Position numbers and translations under genes: made by a program
The notes under the pieces: model-generated
Told to the model about the DNA's origin: nothing
The model's database searches: none
Seen by the model: the letters and a program-made list of their open reading frames with translations, nothing else
Shown: piece after piece, positions 59,492-64,000 of the stretch
Layout: each line of letters begins with the position of its first letter
How positions within the stretch are numbered: the first letter of the stretch is position 1
NCBI GenBank assembly: GCA_947493215.1
Contig: CANLQE010000001.1
Location: forward strand, 1,611,404-1,675,403
DNA length: 64,000 nucleotides
From: an uncultured Sphingomonadaceae bacterium
GTDB lineage: Bacteria > Pseudomonadota > Alphaproteobacteria > Sphingomonadales > Sphingomonadaceae
Direction of reading: 5' to 3'

Positions 59492-60274
59492 CTATTTGCC
59501 TTGCCGTTCCAATTGTTCGACTATCCGCTCGCGTTGTTTTTTTAAAGCGGCAAGATTGGCAAATTCGGGTTCGGTTATCCGGGTCGTCTCAAAAATCATG
59601 ATCGAATTGTCGAGATGCGCCAATGCCGTTTCATAATCCTCTTTCTTTTGGGCAACAGCAATCTGCATGATATTGGCCAGGAAAAGAAGCATGTCTTGCA
59701 TTGGATAATCCCGCCGTCCGGCTAGGGCTTCTATCTGTCTGGCTGAGCGTATCGTGTCTTCATATTCGGCTTGCTGGCTGGCCTTATATTCCTTGGATTT
59801 TCGATAATCTGGATGTTCTTGGACCAGCTCCCAGCGCTTCATTCTGTAATCTCGGGCCATTTTTTTGGAAGCGAAGTAGGCTTGGAAACCTTCCAGCACG
59901 GGCCAGCAATTGTAGAGCGCGATTAACATCGTTTCGCCCTGCGTAGCGCCACAGCTACTCAGGTCGCTGCGATTTTCCTGCTGAATTTCTATCTTGTCCG
60001 GATAGGTCGACATGATTCGGTCAAGGACGTTGGGTTGTAGGGGCTCGGAAGCTCTCGCTTGTTCGTTCGTGCCTGAATCAATACTCGGTGGCAGTGGTGC
60101 AGGAGTATATGGCGGCGGAACATTGATGATGTTGCCGTTTGTTTGCGAAAAGGCGGCACCGGCGGGAAACAAAGATGTCGCAAAGAGAGCAAGCGCCAAA
60201 CAGAACGGAGACATTTTTTTGAGGTCGAATATTGGCATGGCTGTTGAATAGCTAAACACCGATGACCTTACCAT
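59492..60274 (-). CDS. Hypothetical secreted protein (Pro-rich linker plus helical domain)
   Basis: The ORF is 260 aa. A signal-like segment MSPFCLALALFATSLFPAGAAFSQ suggests the true start is ATG 60238 or 60214, because ATG 60274 abuts the upstream terminator. I recognise no family. Confidence 0.55.
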   Translation of the reverse strand: MVRSSVFSYSTAMPIFDLKKMSPFCLALALFATSLFPAGAAFSQTNGNIINVPPPYTPAPLPPSIDSGTNEQARASEPLQPNVLDRIMSTYPDKIEIQQENRSDLSSCGATQGETMLIALYNCWPVLEGFQAYFASKKMARDYRMKRWELVQEHPDYRKSKEYKASQQAEYEDTIRSARQIEALAGRRDYPMQDMLLFLANIMQIAVAQKKEDYETALAHLDNSIMIFETTRITEPEFANLAALKKQRERIVEQLERQGK

Positions 60275-60275
60275 G

Positions 60276-60308
60276 AAAAAGGGCGGCTCAATCGAACCGC
60301 CCTTTCAA
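60276..60308 (-). terminator. Rho-independent terminator of the DUF2282 gene
   Basis: The minus strand reads AAAGGGCGG-ttcgattga-GCCGCCCTTTTTC, an 8-9 bp GC stem followed by a T tract. Confidence 0.75.
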
Positions 60309-60327
60309 AATTCTATCCTGTAAAGGC

Positions 60328-60675
60328 TTAGCCTTCAGCAGCCACTGGAACTGGCGGATCATTATCAGCCACTTCGGTCAACGAACCGCCCTGTGGCTCA
60401 CATTCGCCTGCTTCGGTGTATGTCCATGCATTGCCTTGATAATCGACAACGGATGTACCAGCACAGCTTGTGCCTTCGCCCGCAGCGCAATCATTTTCGC
60501 CTGCTTTGGAAATGCCGAAACATTTTTCTTTTTCAGCGGCAGCCACTTCGGTGACTTCTTCGCCAGTAGCTTCAGCGCCTTCGGTTGCTTCGCTAGCACC
60601 GCCAGAACAGGCTGAAAGAGCCGCTGCTGCGATAAGTGCGGTTGCTGCTGAACCCAATTTCATTGTCTTCGTCAT
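60328..60675 (-). CDS. DUF2282/BufA1-family (bufferin-type) periplasmic Cys-containing peptide precursor, lipoprotein variant
   Basis: 115 aa. Lipobox ALSAC, acidic linker, then [43 protein letters not shown], which matches the 4-Cys DUF2282 core (KCYGV.KAG.NDCA.G.GT.CAGTS..DYQGNAW......G.C). Confidence 0.8.
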   Translation of the reverse strand: MTKTMKLGSAATALIAAAALSACSGGASEATEGAEATGEEVTEVAAAEKEKCFGISKAGENDCAAGEGTSCAGTSVVDYQGNAWTYTEAGECEPQGGSLTEVADNDPPVPVAAEG

Positions 60676-60830
60676 AAAATACTCCCGATTTTGGTCTTTG
60701 AAAAACTGTTACCATCCTGCACAGTTATTGAGGGATTCGCACAGAATCGGCTACTGATTACACTATCAGCCAAAAAATACAAAATTCTTTGTTTTTTCAG
60801 GCCTTACCACGTTGATTAGGACATATTTTA

Positions 60831-61958
60831 ATGGCTGACCGCTTTTCTTTTTCGATCGCTGCCACTGACGGCAAGGCGCGCACCGGGAAAATCACGATGC
60901 AGCGCGGGGATATCCGCACGCCTGCGTTTATGCCAGTCGGAACGGCTGCCACAGTCAAAGCGATGAAACCCGAGACCGTGCGCGCAACGGGCGCCGATAT
61001 CATCCTTGGTAACACTTATCATCTGATGCTCCGGCCTGGTGCAGAGCGTGTCGCAAAGCTTGGTGGTCTGCACAAATTCATGAACTGGGATCGGCCCATA
61101 TTGACCGATAGCGGCGGCTATCAAGTGATGAGCTTGTCCGACCTTACCAAGATGAGTGAGGATGGGGTTGAGTTCCAAAGCCATTTGGATGGATCTCGCC
61201 ACATGCTGACGCCTGAACGCTCAATGGAGATACAGCGTTTGCTCGGCAGTGATATTGTGATGGCTTTTGATGAGTGTACCAAAAACGGAGCGAGCCACGA
61301 GGAAGCAGTGCTTTCAATGGAGCGCTCAATGCGCTGGGCAAAACGGTCCCGTGATGGTTTTGACAGCGGTAAAGAACATGCGGCGAAAGCCGCGCTTTTT
61401 GGGATTCAGCAAGGATCGTTGGACAAGAACATCCGTGCAGCCTCGGCAAAGGCGCTGATCGAGATAGGTTTTGATGGCTACGCAATTGGCGGCCTGGCCG
61501 TTGGGGAGGGGCAAGAAGCAATGTTCGGCGTGCTCGATCATGCACCGGATCAATTGCCCGCCGACAAGCCGCGATATCTGATGGGTGTTGGCAAGCCAGA
61601 CGATTTGGTTGGCGCAGTCGAGCGCGGCGTTGATATGTTTGACTGTGTGTTGCCGAGCCGTTCAGGCCGCAATGGTCAGGCTTTCACCGCTAACGGCCCG
61701 ATCAATATTCGCAATGCCAAGTTTGCCGAAGATCTGGAACCGCTGGACTCGGCTTGTGCCTGTTCGGTTTGCCAGACGTACAGCCGCGCGTATCTCCATC
61801 ACTTGATCCGTTCGAAGGAGATATTGGGAGCAATGTTGATGACGGAGCATAATATTGCCTTTTACCAGTCCCTTATGGCGGGAATGAGAGAGGCTATTGC
61901 AGAGGGCGTTTTTGCTAAGTTTGCCGTTGGTTTCCGTCAGAGATATCTACAGCAATGA
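60831..61958 (+). CDS. tgt: tRNA-guanine(34) transglycosylase
   Basis: [21 protein letters not shown]...FMPVGT...[10 protein letters not shown]...[15 protein letters not shown]...CSVC... Confidence 0.97.
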   Translation: MADRFSFSIAATDGKARTGKITMQRGDIRTPAFMPVGTAATVKAMKPETVRATGADIILGNTYHLMLRPGAERVAKLGGLHKFMNWDRPILTDSGGYQVMSLSDLTKMSEDGVEFQSHLDGSRHMLTPERSMEIQRLLGSDIVMAFDECTKNGASHEEAVLSMERSMRWAKRSRDGFDSGKEHAAKAALFGIQQGSLDKNIRAASAKALIEIGFDGYAIGGLAVGEGQEAMFGVLDHAPDQLPADKPRYLMGVGKPDDLVGAVERGVDMFDCVLPSRSGRNGQAFTANGPINIRNAKFAEDLEPLDSACACSVCQTYSRAYLHHLIRSKEILGAMLMTEHNIAFYQSLMAGMREAIAEGVFAKFAVGFRQRYLQQ

Positions 61959-64000
61959 TCAAGGGCCTCCCCGAACCGACGAGCCTGAAAGACGCTGTAA
62001 AACGCGCGCAGGATCATGCGCCGTACCTTTCTATGGCTATGGAGGTTCAACCGGAACTTAAAGCGCTGCTTTGTGGTGAGGATTTGAAGGCTGCGTTTGC
62101 GTTTGTGAAAGATGCCAGTGCTGGCGCTGAAAATGTTCGTCAGGGACTTAGGCGAGAAAAGCGCGCTCTAGCACTCACATTAGCGGTGGGTGATTTGGCT
62201 GGGCAGCTTAGCCTGACCGAGGTGATTACGCACCTATCCGATTTTGCAGATCGTGCATTAGATGAGGCTTTAGCGGATATTTACGCCACCCGTTATCCCG
62301 ATGCTGAGCCAGCGGGCTTTGCGGTTATTGGCCTGGGTAAACATGGCAGCCGGGAGCTCAACTATTCTTCCGATATCGATCCGATTTTCATCTATGATCC
62401 CGACAAAATACCGATCCGCGGCCGCGAAGAGCCGAGTGACGCGGCGCGGCGGATTGGTCAGCAATTGGTCGATGCGCTCAATACGCGGGACGCCGACGGC
62501 TATGTTTTTAGAGTCGATATGCGGCTACGCCCGTCGCCGGAAGTCAGTCCGGTAGCTTTGCCAGTTGAAGCGGCGATAAGCTATTATGAGTCCAGCGCGT
62601 TGGCTTGGGAACAGGCCGCGTTTATCCGCTCTCGTTTTGCGGCCGGCGATGCCGATCTTGGTCGCTATTTTCTTGAGACGATCAATCCGTTCATTTGGCG
62701 CCGCTCTCTGGACTATGGCGCAATCCGCAACATTGGCGCAGTGTCTGTTCAAATCCGCGATCATTATTCGGCAGGCCAGAAATTTGGCCCCGGCTATGAT
62801 TTGAAGCGCGGACGCGGCGGCATTCGGGAGACGGAATTTTATGCGCAGATGCACCAGCTAATCTTTGGCGGTCGCGAATCGGCTTTGCGCGCGCCCGCAA
62901 CGAGAGACGCCTTGCGCGCGCTTACGGAAGCGGGCCGGATAAATGCCGATAAAGCCCAGGTTTTGAATGATTCCTATGAATTATACCGGGTGATCGAGCA
63001 TCGCCTGCAAATGGTCAATGATCAGCAAACGCATAGCCTTCCGGATGATGAGGCCGCGATGGACAGGGTGGCGCAGCTTCACGGTCTGAACCGAGGCGCT
63101 GATCTATTGGCCCTGCTGGAGCCTCCAGTCGAAGCGGTTGGCATGATCTATGATGAGCTTATTGCTTCTGATGAAAGCGACACCTTGCCGCAGGCGGATC
63201 AAGCGCTGGAGGTCGCGCTTAAGCAGAGGGGCGTGGCACAGCCCGAAATTTTTACGGAAAAAATCGGACGCTGGCGTAGTGGCAAAGTGACGGCCTTGAG
63301 GAGCGCCGCGGCAATCGAGTCCTTTGAAGCCGTATTGCCCGATATGATCGAAGCTATCGCTGGATCGCCCAACCCGCAGCAAGCTCTGTCGCGGTTAGAT
63401 AGCTTAATCGATAAACTGCCGACCGCGATCAATTTCTTCCGCATGCTAGAGGCGCGCCCGGGGCTTCGTGAAATGCTCAGCCGCATATTGAGTCATGCTC
63501 CGGTACTGGCGGATGAGTTATCTCGCAGGACCGAATTATTTGAGGGGTTGATCGATACAACCGCCCTCGATTTGCCGCCTTCGGTCGATGCATTGGCGGA
63601 GCGGTTTGCACGCAGCGAAGATGGCGATGATTATCAGATGTTGCTTGACCGCGTGCGTGCGCGGGTCGGGGAGAAACGCTTTGCTCTCGGCACGCAGTTG
63701 ATTGAGTCTCGCCATGATCCACTGGCCATCGCTGCCGGATATGCAAGGGTAGCGGAAGCTGCGATCCGCGTTTTGACGGATGCCACCATATCCGAATTTG
63801 AAGCGGCGCATGGCGAGGTTCCGGGCAGTGAAATATTGATCTTGGCGCTGGGACGATTAGGTGGAGAGGCGTTGACGCACGCCTCTGATCTCGACCTTAT
63901 TTTCTTGTTCACTGGTGACCATAGCGCGGAATCGGATGGACGACGTCCCTTGGGCGGTACGCAATATTTTAACCGACTGGCGCAACGTATAACAGCGGCT
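61955..64000 (+). CDS. glnE: Bifunctional glutamine synthetase adenylyltransferase/adenylyl-removing enzyme, 5' part (runs off the window)
   Basis: ATGA overlap with the tgt stop. The open frame continues to the window end (absent from the track because it has no stop). ...[28 protein letters not shown]...[15 protein letters not shown]...[10 protein letters not shown]... Confidence 0.9.
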   Translation, partial: MIKGLPEPTSLKDAVKRAQDHAPYLSMAMEVQPELKALLCGEDLKAAFAFVKDASAGAENVRQGLRREKRALALTLAVGDLAGQLSLTEVITHLSDFADRALDEALADIYATRYPDAEPAGFAVIGLGKHGSRELNYSSDIDPIFIYDPDKIPIRGREEPSDAARRIGQQLVDALNTRDADGYVFRVDMRLRPSPEVSPVALPVEAAISYYESSALAWEQAAFIRSRFAAGDADLGRYFLETINPFIWRRSLDYGAIRNIGAVSVQIRDHYSAGQKFGPGYDLKRGRGGIRETEFYAQMHQLIFGGRESALRAPATRDALRALTEAGRINADKAQVLNDSYELYRVIEHRLQMVNDQQTHSLPDDEAAMDRVAQLHGLNRGADLLALLEPPVEAVGMIYDELIASDESDTLPQADQALEVALKQRGVAQPEIFTEKIGRWRSGKVTALRSAAAIESFEAVLPDMIEAIAGSPNPQQALSRLDSLIDKLPTAINFFRMLEARPGLREMLSRILSHAPVLADELSRRTELFEGLIDTTALDLPPSVDALAERFARSEDGDDYQMLLDRVRARVGEKRFALGTQLIESRHDPLAIAAGYARVAEAAIRVLTDATISEFEAAHGEVPGSEILILALGRLGGEALTHASDLDLIFLFTGDHSAESDGRRPLGGTQYFNRLAQRITAA

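Overview
This looks like a chromosomal core region of an alphaproteobacterium with moderate GC. Gene order and the ribosomal-protein tail extensions look Sphingomonadales-like, but that taxon call is tentative.

**Layout**
- 1-18.8 kb holds the S10-spc-alpha ribosomal superoperon: the rpsJ 3' end, rplC through rplO, secY and adk, then rpsM-rpsK-rpoA-rplQ.
- This operon is interrupted between adk and rpsM by about 4.4 kb. The block carries an SRPBCC protein, gdhA, an opposite-strand MFS transporter and 720 bp of non-coding DNA.
- 18.9-64 kb is mostly housekeeping and metabolic genes: prolyl oligopeptidase, gyrB, guaA, panB, bamB, der, bfd-bfr, purL, xseB-ispA, coaD, queA, tgt and the glnE 5' part.
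- Small accessory-looking genes are interspersed among them.

**What I did not find**
- I recognised no tRNA, rRNA, CRISPR array, transposase, integrase or phage gene.
- I do not see a convincing multi-gene novel system.

**Most interesting items**
1. A monocistronic, lipobox-bearing DUF2282/BufA1-like (bufferin-type) precursor with no MNIO partner nearby. Together with an unknown secreted protein it sits between queA and tgt.
2. A bacterial homolog of iodotyrosine deiodinase that keeps the Glu/Tyr/Lys substrate triad.
3. A bacterial Coq4 homolog with an intact HDxxH-x11-E motif.
4. A Bor/Iss-like lipoprotein paired with an FAD oxidase.
5. A PEP-CTERM protein behind an AT-rich region with a sigma-54-like promoter.
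6. An AAC(3)-I-like acetyltransferase.
7. An oxidoreductase whose conserved N-terminus is only reachable from an ATC codon with a well-placed Shine-Dalgarno sequence.
8. RGG-rich or acidic low-complexity extensions on many ribosomal proteins.

Three real genes shorter than 60 aa (rpmD, bfd and a DUF1289 protein) are missing from the supplied ORF track. I found them by reading the sequence.
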